Source of the DNA: Dictyostelium discoideum
Lineage: Eukaryota
DNA length: 64,000 bases
Direction: 5' to 3'
NCBI GenBank assembly: GCA_000004695.1
Contig: CM000151.3
Coordinates: 6,784,001 to 6,848,000 of the forward strand
The position numbers and the translations under genes were made by a program. The notes under the pieces were generated by a model. That model was not told the origin of the DNA, did no database searches, and saw nothing but the letters and a program-made list of their open reading frames with translations. Each line of letters begins with the position of its first letter. Position 1 is the stretch's first letter. Of the stretch, positions 11,915 to 25,159 are shown piece by piece.

Positions 11915-14856
11915 TTATTCATCAAAATCCTCAACTTCTTCATTTTCAGCTTCATTAATTTTTAAATTATTTAATGCATTTGGTAAAAGATTTAAATCTT
12001 TAATATTTACAGTCAAGAAATCAAAAGCATAAGAAACATTTTGATTAAAATCATCATCATCTTCATCTTTCATTGGTAAACTTGCTTTAACATTTGGATA
12101 ACGTTGAGAGAAATGAGTTAAAATTGTAGAATGAGAATTTGATTGATTAAAAGCTTTGATTGCATCTTTAAATGTACAATGTCTTTTTTGATTTGCTTTA
12201 TCTTGCTGACAATCATGAAAAGTTGCTTCATGAATAACTATAGTACTATTGTCAGCCAATTCAACAAATTCACTACAGTAAGAAGTATCACCAGAATATG
12301 AAACTTTCCAACCATTTTCACTCTCAATCATAATACCATGAGCACCAAATGAATGAATCACTGATACAGCAATACATTTAACAATACCCAATTCTTTCTT
12401 TAAAAATTGACTAAATATTGAATCTTGTTGATAATTTGAAAAATTAAAAAATTGAACATATTTCCAAATACCTTTAAATCCATTATTATTATTATTATTA
12501 CCATTATATAATGTAAAAGATTTTTCTAAATCTCTTATATATAAATTTGCACCTGGTGGTGATAAAATTACTAAGGAACGTTTTTCAAATGGTATATAAA
12601 ATTCATCCATTGCTAAATGTCTAACTTGTAAAAGTTTTTGAAGATCTTGATGATGATCAGCATGTAAATGTGAAATGAAAATGAATTTTAAAGTTGATAA
12701 GATTTCTTTGGTTTTTTGATCACCATATTTTCTAAATAATTGTGAATAGGCACCACCACCTGTATCAAATAATATTGAACCTTTATCAAATAGATTTAAA
12801 AGTATACAAGTTTCTGATCTAAATAATGAAGTTTGTGAGCAACCAGTACCCAAGAAAACAATCTCCAATTCTCTATCACTTAAACTTTTAATTAATTTAT
12901 TTTGACTTTTAATAAATTCATTTCTTGATGAACTAATTAATGATTTTCTTTTATTATTAATAATTGATTTTGATGATGTTGATGATGGTGATGGTGATGA
13001 TGGTGATGTTGGCGATGTTGATGTTGTTGTTGTTGTTGAATTTAAATCAAGAGATTTTAAAGGTGATGATGGTGGTGATGGTGATTTCATTTCAAAAGTG
13101 TAATCGATATCTTGATTTTCAATGCATGCAGAATTATCAAATAATGGATGACCTAAAGGTGATAAAGGGTTCATAATTATAGTTTGATGGAATCTACCCC
13201 TTTGAATATTTGGCATTGATGAGATTGTTTCAGGTAATGGTAAACTATTGCAAGGTGGATACAGTTTTGGATAGAATGTTGGTGAAACTTTATTCAACCC
13301 GTTAACTAATTGACCAGATAATTGAATTAGTTCATGATATGCACAACTTTTATTTAAAATGATATGTTGCCATTTTTCATTTGAAAATTTCATAACAAAT
13401 TCACAATACTCTTTCGATGAGAATATCTCCTCAGGCACCATATGAACTATACAACCACTTCTAATTGGATTACCATTCCCACTATAGGATAGAATTTGTT
13501 GGTTATTAATTATGGATTCTAAATAATCAATACTTGGACATGCTATAATTATCATTGCAGGACCTATGGTGGAGGGTGATAACACCTCTTGGGGTGTCAC
13601 GACTCTGCCTACTTTCTCACTGAACACTGATTCACCTTTACAAAGCTTCGATCTTCCAATACCGACTATACCAAGTTCATTTGCTTTCTCAATTGAAAAT
13701 TTACCAATAATATCAGGTAGATGACAAATATAGCAAATTACATCAGAAGATCTTTGTGATTTTGGGAATGTTACATTATGTGAATTTATAGGCCCATAAA
13801 TTGGATCCTTTAAATAAATGTTCATTCTCTTTCTAACCATATCACGTTTCTCTTTATTGGTTAATCTTAATGATTTAGTTAATCTTGTAATTAATCTAAA
13901 ATGTCTACTTTCCATACACCAAAATTCTTTTTCACTTGAAATTAATTTATTATTATTATTATTATTATCATTTTCATCTAAACAATAATTTGAATCTGAA
14001 TTATCAGATAAAAACTTTTTAATTAATTTTGAATTTTTTGGTTTAAATTGAAATAATTCTTGTTTACTAGAAATTTTAGTTGTACCTGCTTTAATATCCT
14101 CTTTTAATAATTTATAAGAAGCGTATTGTTCAATTTCACTCATTGTAAATTCTGATCCAGTGCTTGAATGAATAATACCACCACGTAATATTGTCCAATC
14201 ATAAAATGATTTTGATGATCCAATTGCAACTTTCATCGAATTATTATTTGATGGTCTTTCAATAGCTCCAAATGATTTATTAAATGTAAATGGTAATGAT
14301 TCTACTGTTTTCATTGTTACATTTGGTGAAGATGATGAACAAGATGATGATGATGATGTTGATGATGTTGATGATGATGAATTATCAATTGAACTTTTAA
14401 TTACAACTGGATAAACTGATAAATGACCATCTGATAAATGAAATGATTCATCATCACTACATTCTGTAATACAGAATGTTTTATATCTTTTACTCAAAAA
14501 ATATCTATATGACATTAAATTTGATGTTAACCCATTTGGTCCAATAATTGATAAATCACCTTTATTACGTAATACATAATCTAAAATAATAATAATAATA
14601 ATAATAGTTAGAAAATAAACAATATATATTATATATATTGTTTACTACATACTTAAAAAATCAGTTTCAGTTGAAGGATCTAAATGAGTTAAGAATAGTA
14701 TATCTGAATCAGCTGGTTTAGAATGACTTGATCCCAATGATTGTCTATGAATACCATTACCCATATTAAAACAATACTTTTGATTACCATTTGTAATCAT
14801 TACTGAAGAATCTGTGTGACCTGATCCTGTTGACATTATTTTTATTGATGCTTTCA

Positions 14857-14857
<1 letters not shown>
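11915..14857 (-). CDS. tRNase Z (ribonuclease Z, long ELAC2-type form); join(11915..14580,14653..14857)
   Basis: Exon 1 (MKASIKIMSTGSGHTDSSVMITNGNQKYCFNMGNGIHRQ...ILFLTHLDPSTETDFL) matches the ELAC2 N-terminal pseudo-His motif and ends at A|GTATGT. A 72-nt intron ends TTTTAG. Exon 2 carries the metallo-beta-lactamase motifs FLGTGCSQTS...DTGGG, ISHLHADHHQDL (HxHxDH) and the C-terminal HEATF box (VIHEATFHD...HCTFKDAIKA). About 956 aa in total. Confidence 0.85.
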
Positions 14858-14899
<42 letters not shown>

Positions 14900-15874
14900 T
14901 GTTTTTTTTTTTTTTTTTTTTTTTTATATATTGCTATTACTTTTTAATATTTTTTTTTTTATTATTATTATTTTTTTTATTATTATTTTTATTATTATTA
15001 TTATTATTATTGTTGTTATTATTAATATTAATGTGGAGAAGATTATTCATAGATTGTTTTAAAGTATTTGTTTGTTGTAAAATAATTAATGAACTGTTCA
15101 TATGTGAAAGCTTGAATTCGTTTTTTTAAAAAAAAAAATTTTTTTTTTATTTTTGTTTTTTTTTTTAAAAATGAAACACAGAAAAAAAAAAAATTTTTAA
15201 TTTAAACAATTTTAGAAATGCGCGGGTTTGGGAATTTTTTAAGAAATCGATTTGAAAAATAATATTAATAAAATTATGTGTTTTTTATAAAAATTATACC
15301 GAGATTATTCTCTTTTTTTTTTACTATTTGATAATTTTTTTAATTATTTATTATAATATGTATTTCTTTTTTATTTTACTTTAGTATTACCCTAAATTGA
15401 ATTTGAATTTTGTAAACAAAAAAAAAAAATTTCATTTATATTTTTTTTTTTTATTAATGGTTTAATTATATTTATTTTTAATATGAATTTAGTGTATAAA
15501 AATAGAGCACTCAAAAATACACAAAATGATATAAAAAAAAATTAGTATATCAATTCTGTTTTTTAATTTTTTTTTAATTAAAAAAAGGTAATTTTTAATT
15601 TAAAATTTTTTATTTTGTTCATTCAATCTTTTTTTTTTTTAAAACTTGGAAAGAAAAAAAAATAATTAAATAAAAAAAATAAACCAATTCAATCAAATCT
15701 AAGGTTGGCTGGTAGTTTATCAATATTCCTAGTTTTTTTTATTTTTAGTTTTTTTATTTTGGTTGAAATATAATACCAATTAGGTAATAAATAAAAAGAA
15801 AAATAACATTGGTATAAAAATACATTTTATTTATTTATTTGTTTTTTATTTTATCTTTTTTTTTTTTTTTTCTC

Positions 15875-15924
<50 letters not shown>

Positions 15925-16297
15925 TGTACGATACTTGGGAAAAAAAAAATTATTTAAATTATTATTTGAAATAATAATCAAATAAATTGAGGAGTAGGAG
16001 GGAATATTATGAACATGGTGGACTACTGAAAGAATTAAAAAATATATACATGTTTTTTTTTTTTTTTTTTTTTTTTTTTTTCGTTGGTTGTCAATTGTTA
16101 CTATTATTATTATTTTATAAATTATTGTTATTATTTTTTTTTTTTAATTATTATTTATATTTGAACGCGTTTTAATGGAAGAAAAACAAAATAAAAAAAA
16201 AAAAAAAATTATTTCATTCTTTTAGATACCTCCTTCCTCTATATAAAATTTTAAAAGAAAAAAAAAAAAAAAATGTCAGTAAAGATGAAAAATATTA

Positions 16298-16974
16298 TTA
16301 AATAAATATTATAAAATAAATAAAAATTATTATTAAATAATTACCCATAGTTTGACGAGTAAGAATATCTTTTACAGCTTCAAAAACATGACCAATATTA
16401 GTTGTATCAGTTGCGGTTGTAACATTTGTATAAACTGCTTTTGAAGTTTTATTTGCAGATAAAATTTTCTTTTTCAAAAAGACCAAAGATTGTTCGTAAT
16501 CATCGGATGGACCAGTGTAATCAGGGAAACAAATTGAAATACCAGTCTTTTTAATTTTCTCTGCGAATAAATCACGTTTATTTAAGAAAAGAATGATTGG
16601 AATATCTTTGAACCAACGTTGATTAATTATATCACCAAATACTTTAATTGATTCAATCATACGATTAGTTTTACCATCTTCTTCCAAAACTTGATCATAT
16701 TCACATAATGAAATTACAAATAATATTGCTGTAACTTCACTAAAATGATGAATCCATTTATCTCTATGTCCTCTTTGACCTGCTACATCAATCATTCTAA
16801 ATTTAATACCCCTAACTGAAAATCTAGTTTCGCTAACAGATGTTGATGCAACTCTAGTATATAAAATATCTTGATCTGTTGGTATATAATCTTCCTCTAT
16901 TAAAATATAAATTTTAAAAAAATTAAAAAAAAAAATTAAAAAAAATTAGAATTAAAAAATAAATAAATAAAAAA

Positions 16975-17065
<91 letters not shown>

Positions 17066-17370
17066 TTTACCTGAAAATCTTGCAATGTCATCTAAAAAGT
17101 ATTGTGAAGATGAATGTAATTGGAAATTTGAACCACTATTATTAGCAGCATTAATGAATGATTCATTTTTAGAAAGTTCTGCAACTCCTTTTAATACATT
17201 TTTATCTAAATTTGTATAATTTTTAGTTTCATAAATTTCTTCAATCTATTTTTATGTATTTTATAAGAAAAGTGAAAAAATAAAAAAAATAAAAAAAAAA
17301 AAATTTAAATTAAAATTAAAATTAGTCGCAATTTGGCTTGGGGAAATTTTTTTTTTTTTTTTTTTTCAAA

Positions 17371-17401
<31 letters not shown>

Positions 17402-17839
17402 TATACATACAGATGAACAAATTGAATCAAATTGTGATGGAATTGTTAAATTTAAAACACCACAACCACGAATGATTGAATAAGCAATTTCAATGATATT
17501 TCTATAAACAAATTGTCTTTGATTAATTCTTTCCTCTTGAGAGTAACCTTCAAGATGTAAGATTTTCATTTGTTTAACGACTGTTGATTTACCAGAATCA
17601 CCAGTACCAAGTAATAATAATTTTAATTCACTATCCATTATCTTTTTCTCTTCTTTTAATTGTTTTTCAATTTGTTTATTGACTGCTTTTTGCTCTCTAT
17701 AACGAGTTAAAAGTGATGGTGACATTGGTGGTGATAAAGTTGATGTTGATGATGATGGTGATTGTGGTGATGATGATTGATTACCATTCACTTGAATTGC
17801 TGGTGTTGCTGTTGTTGTATTTGTTGTAGTGCTACTCAT
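16298..17839 (-). CDS. heterotrimeric G-protein alpha subunit; join(16298..16896,17072..17245,17411..17839)
   Basis: Exon 1 carries KLLLLGTGDSGKSTVVKQMKILH (G1/P-loop) after a Ser/Thr-rich extension of about 60 aa, and ends at a GTATGT donor. Exon 2 (IEEIYETKNY...YFLDDIARFS) ends at G|GTAAAT. Exon 3 carries EDYIPTDQDILYTRV (switch I), DVAGQRGHRDKWIHHF (G3), LFLNKRDLF (G4) and TTATDT (G5). The ORF track splits this into 17366-17839 and 16298-16795. Intron 2 contains a 92-bp (AAT)n. Confidence 0.85.
16969..17060. repeat. (AAT)n microsatellite, about 30 units, inside intron 2 of the G-alpha gene
   Basis: A perfect trinucleotide run is visible in the sequence. Confidence 0.9.
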
Positions 17840-18098
17840 TTTCTTTTAATTATTATTACTATTCTAGTATTTATTTTATTTTATTTTATTTTTTTTTATT
17901 TTTTTAATATTGAGGATGTGTGTAGTGATACAAAATTATTTTTTGTTTGGTTTTAGTATAATAAAGTGATAAATATATGTATATGAAATTTAAAAAATAT
18001 AGAATTTGTGGATGATTAGGAGTTATCAAACAACGAAACCTATGAAAACTAATAATGGGTGATTTGAAAAAGAAAAGTCAGTAAGGGTGGCTTTTGTT

Positions 18099-18131
<33 letters not shown>

Positions 18132-18391
18132 CTTTTGAATGGATTAAAATAAAAAAAGATTTTTTTTTTAAAAAAAAAGAAAAAAAAAAAAGAAAAAAAA
18201 AAAAATTAAAAAAAAATTGAAAAAAAATAAAAATCCAATGGGATCAAAAGGGTAATTTTTATTTTTATTTTTTTTTTATTTTTTTTTTTATTTTTTTAAT
18301 GCACCTCAGTACCCATGATAGCCCGAAAAAAAAAAAATATTAATGGAAAATAAGATATTTTTTCATATTGGTTGGTGAATCAAAAATACCC

Positions 18392-18453
<62 letters not shown>

Positions 18454-18972
18454 GGATGGAAAAGAAAGAAAAGAAAAAAAAAAAAAAAAGAATCTTTTAT
18501 ATTTTTTTTATTATTCCCTACAAGGTAAGATAGTAGATTCACACCAGAAACTAAAGGAAAATAATGAAAAAAAAATAAAAAAATAAATAAAATAAAAAAA
18601 AAAACAAAATAAAAAAAAAATAAACAAATCTTTTTGAGTTATTTGATATTTTTCATGATGTACATACTGCAAAAATAGGTTTTGATTATTTTTCTTTTTT
18701 TTTCTTTGTGCTTCAAACTGTTTTTTTTTTTTTTGATATGAAAAATGGGTATTGTTTTTAATAAAATAAAAAAACTCTGTTTGAGTAAAAAAGTGTTTTT
18801 TGTTTTAAATAAATAAATAAATAAATTAAATAAATAAATAATTGATTGATTTGATTTGATTTTTATTTTATTATTTTGGTTTTGGTTTGGTTTTGATTTT
18901 GATTTCTCTCTTTTTTTTTATAGTTTTTTTTTTTTTTTTTTTTTTTGTTGAGTTGAAGAAGAGAGAAAAGAA

Positions 18973-19012
<40 letters not shown>

Positions 19013-19163
19013 ATAACAAGATAAAAATAAAAAAAAAATAAAAAAACAAAAAAAAAAAAAAAAATTAAAAATAGAAAAAAAAAATTAAAAATAAATTTAA
19101 AAAAAAAAATAAAAAATAAAAATTTTAATAATTACGACACACCCATTAAACATGCATATTAAT

Positions 19164-19230
<67 letters not shown>

Positions 19231-19489
19231 ATAACAATTATTATTATTAATATTATATTATAAACACCCACCACTTAAACACTAACCCGTGTTATTTTAA
19301 ATTCAATATATATAAATAAAATTTTTAACAGTTATATTTAGATAGATTTAAATGCTGAATTATGATTACAAAAACTAGATTTTTTCGATAAAAATGGATA
19401 ATTTATTTTTATTAAGAAAATTTAAATATGTTTTTTTAATTAAAATTATAAATACATATATTTTTATAATCTTATTTATTATTATTATA

Positions 19490-19549
<60 letters not shown>

Positions 19550-19810
19550 TTTTAGTGTGGTGTGTCGATTGTAAAATAAAAATAAAAATAAAAATAAACA
19601 AAACAAAACAAAATAAAATATATTTGGTTTTTTTTTTTTTTTTTTTTTTTTATTATTAATTTTTTAAAAAATAAAAATAATTCTTAAAAAACAACAAAAT
19701 GATGAATTTATATGAATATCTTACATTTCTTTGCAGGATTATTAATATTAAAAATAAAAAAAAAAAAAAAAAAAAATTATAAAAATAACGAATATTGTTG
19801 TTATAAAAAT

Positions 19811-19849
<39 letters not shown>

Positions 19850-20587
19850 TAAAAGTAAAATAAAAAATAAAAAATAAAAGAATAAAAAAATCAGATGAGT
19901 TGTTTTTTTTTATTTTTATTATTTTTTTTTTGCTCAGAGTTAAAAAATATCTTTTTTTTTCAATCAGTGAAAAAAAAAATTGAAATTATTTTTAAAAATA
20001 ATTCGATTTGATAACCGCTTTGATTTTGAATAATAAAAATAAAAAAAAAAATAATGAAAATAAATTTTTTTTTGATATTTTTTTTTTTAATTCACTTAAT
20101 ATGATTTTACCAAAATTTTTTCCTTTTTATTTTTATAATGGGGTTAATAATTCCCACTATTTTGATTTTCTTTTTTTTTTTTTTTTTTTTTTTCATTTTT
20201 TAAAACCTTTTTCAACGAATTAAAATAAAATAAAACAAAATAAAATAAAACAAAATAAAATAAAATTTTGTTTCGAAACCTCATAAAAAAAAAAAAAAAA
20301 AAAAAATATTCAAGACCCCACACAATTGTTTGTGCAGTACAAATTTGTGTCAAGTAATCATGTGATTCGGCACTTTGATCAACAACAAAAATTTGATTGA
20401 CACTCTCATCGTCTTCGGCATTTTTAAAATTATAATAATTTCTAGAAATCGCTATTTTTATTTTTAATTTCTATTCCATTTCTATTTTAATTATTATTAT
20501 TTTATTGCTTATTCTAAAAAATAAAACTTTTTTACAAAATTAAATAAATTAAATTAAATAAAATTAAATAAAATTAAATTAAATTAA

Positions 20588-20632
<45 letters not shown>

Positions 20633-20849
20633 AAAAAACACTAGGAAAGAAAAGTGTTTTTTATTTTTATTTTTATTTTTCTTAAAAATCCAAATTGTGT
20701 TAACAACAAACAGAACCACTTTGAGTCTTGTAATCAGCATTTTGATCAACACTTGAATGAATTGTACCATCTTCTTCTTTTTGAAAATAATAACCAACAA
20801 AAATGGAATTGGTTTTTTAAATTCCATCTCCATTTTTTTTAAATACATT

Positions 20850-20863
20850 TTAATAATTTTGGT

Positions 20864-20896
<33 letters not shown>

Positions 20897-21178
20897 CATC
20901 ATAATAATAATAATAATCATAATTAATATTATTTAGAAGACTATTTTGGGGATAAAAATCATTTTTTGGATTACTTGATAAAGAGGATGCTGTAGAGAAT
21001 TTTCCTTCAAAAAATATATTACCAGTTTTATTATTATTATTATTATTATTATTTTTATTTTTATTTTTATTTTTATTTTTATTATAATCTACATTTGTAA
21101 TATCAAAGGTTAATGGGTTTTTAACTCTATCTGATATATCAATTTCACGACTATCTCTATATCTTTTAACACCACAAA

Positions 21179-21213
<35 letters not shown>

Positions 21214-21473
21214 TTGATGGATGATGTTGAAGATGTACATGAATATGAAAAAGATGATGAAGTTGTTGATAAAGATGAAAATGTGGTAAAATCCTCACTA
21301 AAATCGGCTTTTTCAATATTTTCCTTATTTTCCAAATTAAATACTGAATAATCAATTTGTTTAAATAATTGTTGGATTTTAAATAATTCTTCTCTAATAT
21401 TTTTTAATTCATTATTACCATTATTATCCCTATCTCTTAATAATAATTTATGATCACTTTCAGTAGTTTCCAT
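20850..21473 (-). CDS. hypothetical Ser-rich low-complexity protein (at least 207 aa; a downstream terminal exon is possible)
   Basis: ORF METTESDHKLLLRDRDNNGNNELKNIREELFKIQQLFKQIDYSVFNLENKENIEKADF... with poly-Ser and an (AAT)n-derived tail. The N-terminal roughly 70 aa is non-repetitive. The C-terminal Tyr-rich part may be intronic. Confidence 0.4.
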
Positions 21474-22087
21474 ATTTTATTTATTTATTTATTTTTATTT
21501 TTTTATTTTTAAAATATTTATTTCCTAATTATGTTTATTATTGTTTATAAGTCCCTTTGGTTATATAATAATAAAAAAATAAAAAAAAATAAAAAAAAAA
21601 TAAAAAAAAAAATAATAAAAACAAAAAACAAAAAAAAAAAAAAAAAAAATATAAATAAAATAAATTAAAAAAATAAAAAACAAAACAATAACAAAAAGAA
21701 AATGAAAAAAAAAAAAAAGAATTATAAAAATTTGAAAAAAAAGACTAAACAAGTGTTTAAATAAATTTTAAAAAAAAAAAAAAATAAAAAAATATAAAAT
21801 AAAGGAAAAAAAGTTTATAAACTGATATTTTTGGTATGTTTAATTATTAAAAAAATTTTAAAAGTGATTATTTTTTTTTAAAAAAAAAAAAAAAAGATTT
21901 AAACTAATTACATTACATTTTTTTTATTTTATTTTTTTTTTTATTTTATTCTAAAATTGAAATTCTATGAATTTTTGTTTTTTTTTTTAAACACTATTCC
22001 ATTTTTTTCAAACAATCGAAATAGGAAAACAACCAATCGAAACAATTAAAAAAAAAACAATATAACCCTAATTTGGTTTTGTATTTA

Positions 22088-22135
<48 letters not shown>

Positions 22136-22162
22136 TTCTAATTCAAGTAATAGTTTATTTTA

Positions 22163-22515
22163 TTATAAAACTAAAGTATCTCTAATTCTATGAATAAATG
22201 AATGATTAAATATTTTTTTAGATTCTGAAATAATTAGTTCTAATTTTCCTTCATATGATAAATTTTGATCTTTTATATTTTTTTGACCAACATTTGAAAT
22301 TAATAAAAATAAATTATTCATTGATAAATTTGGAATTTGGTGATGACCTCCCTCTAATATTTTTTCTAAAAATCCTAATTCTTTCTCAATATTTTTATTA
22401 TCATTTTCTTCATTTATTTTAAATATATAAATTGAATTTTTATTATTTAAAGATTGTTTTTTAATTTTATCAATTATTTGATTATTTGAAAATTTTGAAA
22501 ATTGAATTATACTAC

Positions 22516-22555
<40 letters not shown>

Positions 22556-22938
22556 GTTATTATTATTATTATTATTAATATTACTATTATTAGTTGTAAA
22601 TAAATTTAATAAGAAATTAATAGTTTTATCATAATCATCTGTTGAAATATGAATTGATATTGGTCTTTTATAATTTTTATCATTTTGAATATTTGCAGAA
22701 TTTGATAAAATTTGAGATTTCATTGAATTTCCAAAATATTGAAATTCATCTGGATAATTAAATTTATTTATTAAATCTTTAAAATCTTTATCAGCAACAT
22801 AACTACTTGCTTTATTTTTATTATCTTTTAAAAATGGATATCTATCATTAAAAACTATTGCAATGAGTACTATCAAAAATAAATAAATTATTATTTTTTT
22901 TTTATTTTTTTTTTCATTTTTATAATCTTTAACTTTAA

Positions 22939-22996
<58 letters not shown>

Positions 22997-23386
22997 ATTA
23001 CTATTATTATTTAATATATTTGGTTTTTGTTTTTGAGGAGAAGAGGAAGAAGAAGAAGAAGAGGTTGATAATGGTGGTGGTGGTGTATTTAAAAGTGAAG
23101 ATGATCTTGATTGAACTATAATTTCCTCCTTTTTATAAAAACTATTATTATTTATAGTTTTTGGTAAATATTTTTTTTTGTCAGTATTATTGATGTTGTA
23201 ATTTTCTTCATCAGTTTCAGACTCTTCTTCGCTATCATCTTTGTCATCATTTTGAGTTTCGCTATCGGAACTATTTTGATTTTCAGTTATTGAATTTTCA
23301 TCATCTTCATCTTTTTCATAATATTCATCTTTTTTGTAATTATTTTTAGTAATTTCTAAATTATCTGTATAATATTCAATTTCCAT
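22163..23386 (-). CDS. hypothetical protein with an acidic N-terminus, a single predicted TM helix (IIIYLFLIVLIAIVF) and poly-Asn tracts
   Basis: Uninterrupted 407-aa ORF. Acidic D/E/S-rich start, poly-Asn stretches, one hydrophobic helix, then a non-repetitive C-terminal roughly 200 aa. Confidence 0.55.
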
Positions 23387-23478
23387 CTATCTTTCTATCT
23401 CTTTTTTGTTGTTTTATAACTTGAGGGATTGAAAAAAAAAGGAAAAAAAAAAAAAAAAAATTAAATAAAATTAGTGGG

Positions 23479-23509
<31 letters not shown>

Positions 23510-23797
23510 CCTTTTTTGTTTTATAACTTGAGGGATTGAAAAAATAAAATAAAAAAAAAAAGAATTAAATTAAATTCATTTTGGTAATTTTAATTTTTTG
23601 ATCATTTAAATAGATTAAAAGAAACAATTGCATCTTCTTTTATTTAACTAAAAACTATTTTATTTTATTTTTTTTTTATTTTTTTTTTTATTTTTTTTTT
23701 ATTTTTTTTTTTTCCCACAACCCAAAATAAAATTTTTTTAAAATTTGAAAAAAAAAAAAAAAAAAAAAAAAAAAACAAATAAAATAAAAAATAAGAA

Positions 23798-24245
23798 ATG
23801 ACCATTTTTAAAAAAGGTATTGAAAAAATTCAAAAATCTAATAAAAATATCATTATTAGATCTTATTCAAGTAGGTACAGATTTAATAATTATTAAAAAA
23901 TCCATATTTATATAAAAAAAAAAAAATTAATTTTAAAAAAAAAAAAAAAAAAATATATATATATGTATAGAAAGTAGGTATGAAGAAATTGTAAAATTAA
24001 GAGAAGGTTATAGTAGTGCACAAGTTGAAGAAAATGATTTATCAAAAGAAATTATGGATAGAATAAAAGATAGAAGAAAACAACAACCAAATTATCGTGA
24101 TGATATTAATGATGATTCTACTGTATATTCATCAAGAAAAGATGAACAATTTAAAGAACAAAGTCATTTAATAATAAATGGAAGAAAAGTTTCTTGTGAC
24201 ATACCAAAAGATCAAGTAGAAGTTGTATCTCTTAAAGATTATTAA
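23798..24245 (+). CDS. hypothetical small protein, 2 exons: join(23798..23816,23971..24245), about 97 aa
   Basis: Micro-exon ATGACCATTTTTAAAAAAG|GTATTG (phase 1). Acceptor TGTATAG at 23970 joins in frame to ESRYEEIVKLREGYSSAQVEENDLSKEIMDRIKDRRKQQPNYRDD...VSLKDY (the ORF track shows only 24054-24245). The boundaries are inferred. Confidence 0.3.
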
Positions 24246-25159
24246 TAATAAAAAAAAAAATTATAAAATAAAATAAAATAAAAAAAACTTTGTACATAAA
24301 AGAAAAGCAATTTGCGATAGCGAGAGATACCACCCAATTTTTTATTTTTTTTCATTTTTTTTTCATTTTTTTTTTATTTTTTTAATTTTTTGGAGTTCGT
24401 AAATGGGCAATTATTTTTAATGTGACAAAAAGTTGTCGAGTTTTTTCAATTTTTTACTTTTTTTTTTTTTTTTTCGTATTTTTTTTATTTTTTTTTTTTG
24501 GGCTAACCTAAAATTTTTTTTTTTTTTCTTTTTTTTTTTTCTTCCTTTCCACTATCAACAATATTGTTATACTTGAAACAGGTACAGATACACCCTTTGT
24601 TATTAATTTAAAATGTTTAAATGTCAAACTTTATTGTATTCAATTTTAATTGATACAGCATTGCACACACATGCATTTCAAATAATAATCATCCAATAGG
24701 TAAAGTAAACATTATGAATCAATTTGAAATTATCTTTAGCGTACAATTAAAATAATTTCAAACATAATGTTTACTTTAGAGACCTACTTTTAAATACAAA
24801 AAGGATATCTCATCTCTGCACTCAAGTATAAACCTCTTGCAGCTCTAGAGGATTATATATTTTTTTTTAAAAAAAATAGAGATAAAGTCCCAGAATATTT
24901 AAAATAAAAATAAAATATTATTTTAACTCCAAAAAAAAAAAACCAAAACCAAAAAAAATTAGCATCATTCAAAAAGATATTTTGGAATTTTTTTTATTTT
25001 TGGATATAAAATATATTTATATTTTTTTGGAAATTAGATAATTAATTGACTGATGTGTTTAGAGACAAATTAAAGCATTTAAGTATAAAATTTTAAAAAA
25101 TAAAATATTAACCCCCCTTTATTTTTTTTTATTTTTTTTTCTCTTTTAACAGATACAAA

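Noticed and set aside
14830-15129. Poly-Tyr/Phe/Leu ORFs in AT-rich spacers (also 15987-16175, 20008-20223, 21561-21752, 27257-27457, 35050-35241, 40440-41418 + strand, 45304-45573, 54182-54376, 54616-54900, 60920-61126)
   Set aside because: These are translations of homopolymer or microsatellite DNA, or antisense of low-complexity coding. They have no codon periodicity or conserved motifs.
17940-18100. GC-richer patch (…tgtggatgattaggag…agtcagtaagggtggcttttg + T-run) in the G-alpha upstream region. I considered a box C/D snoRNA or a Pol III ncRNA.
   Set aside because: The C-box is imperfect (GGATGA rather than TGATGA). There is no CTGA D box near the 3' side and no terminal stem. It is more likely promoter sequence of the G-alpha gene.
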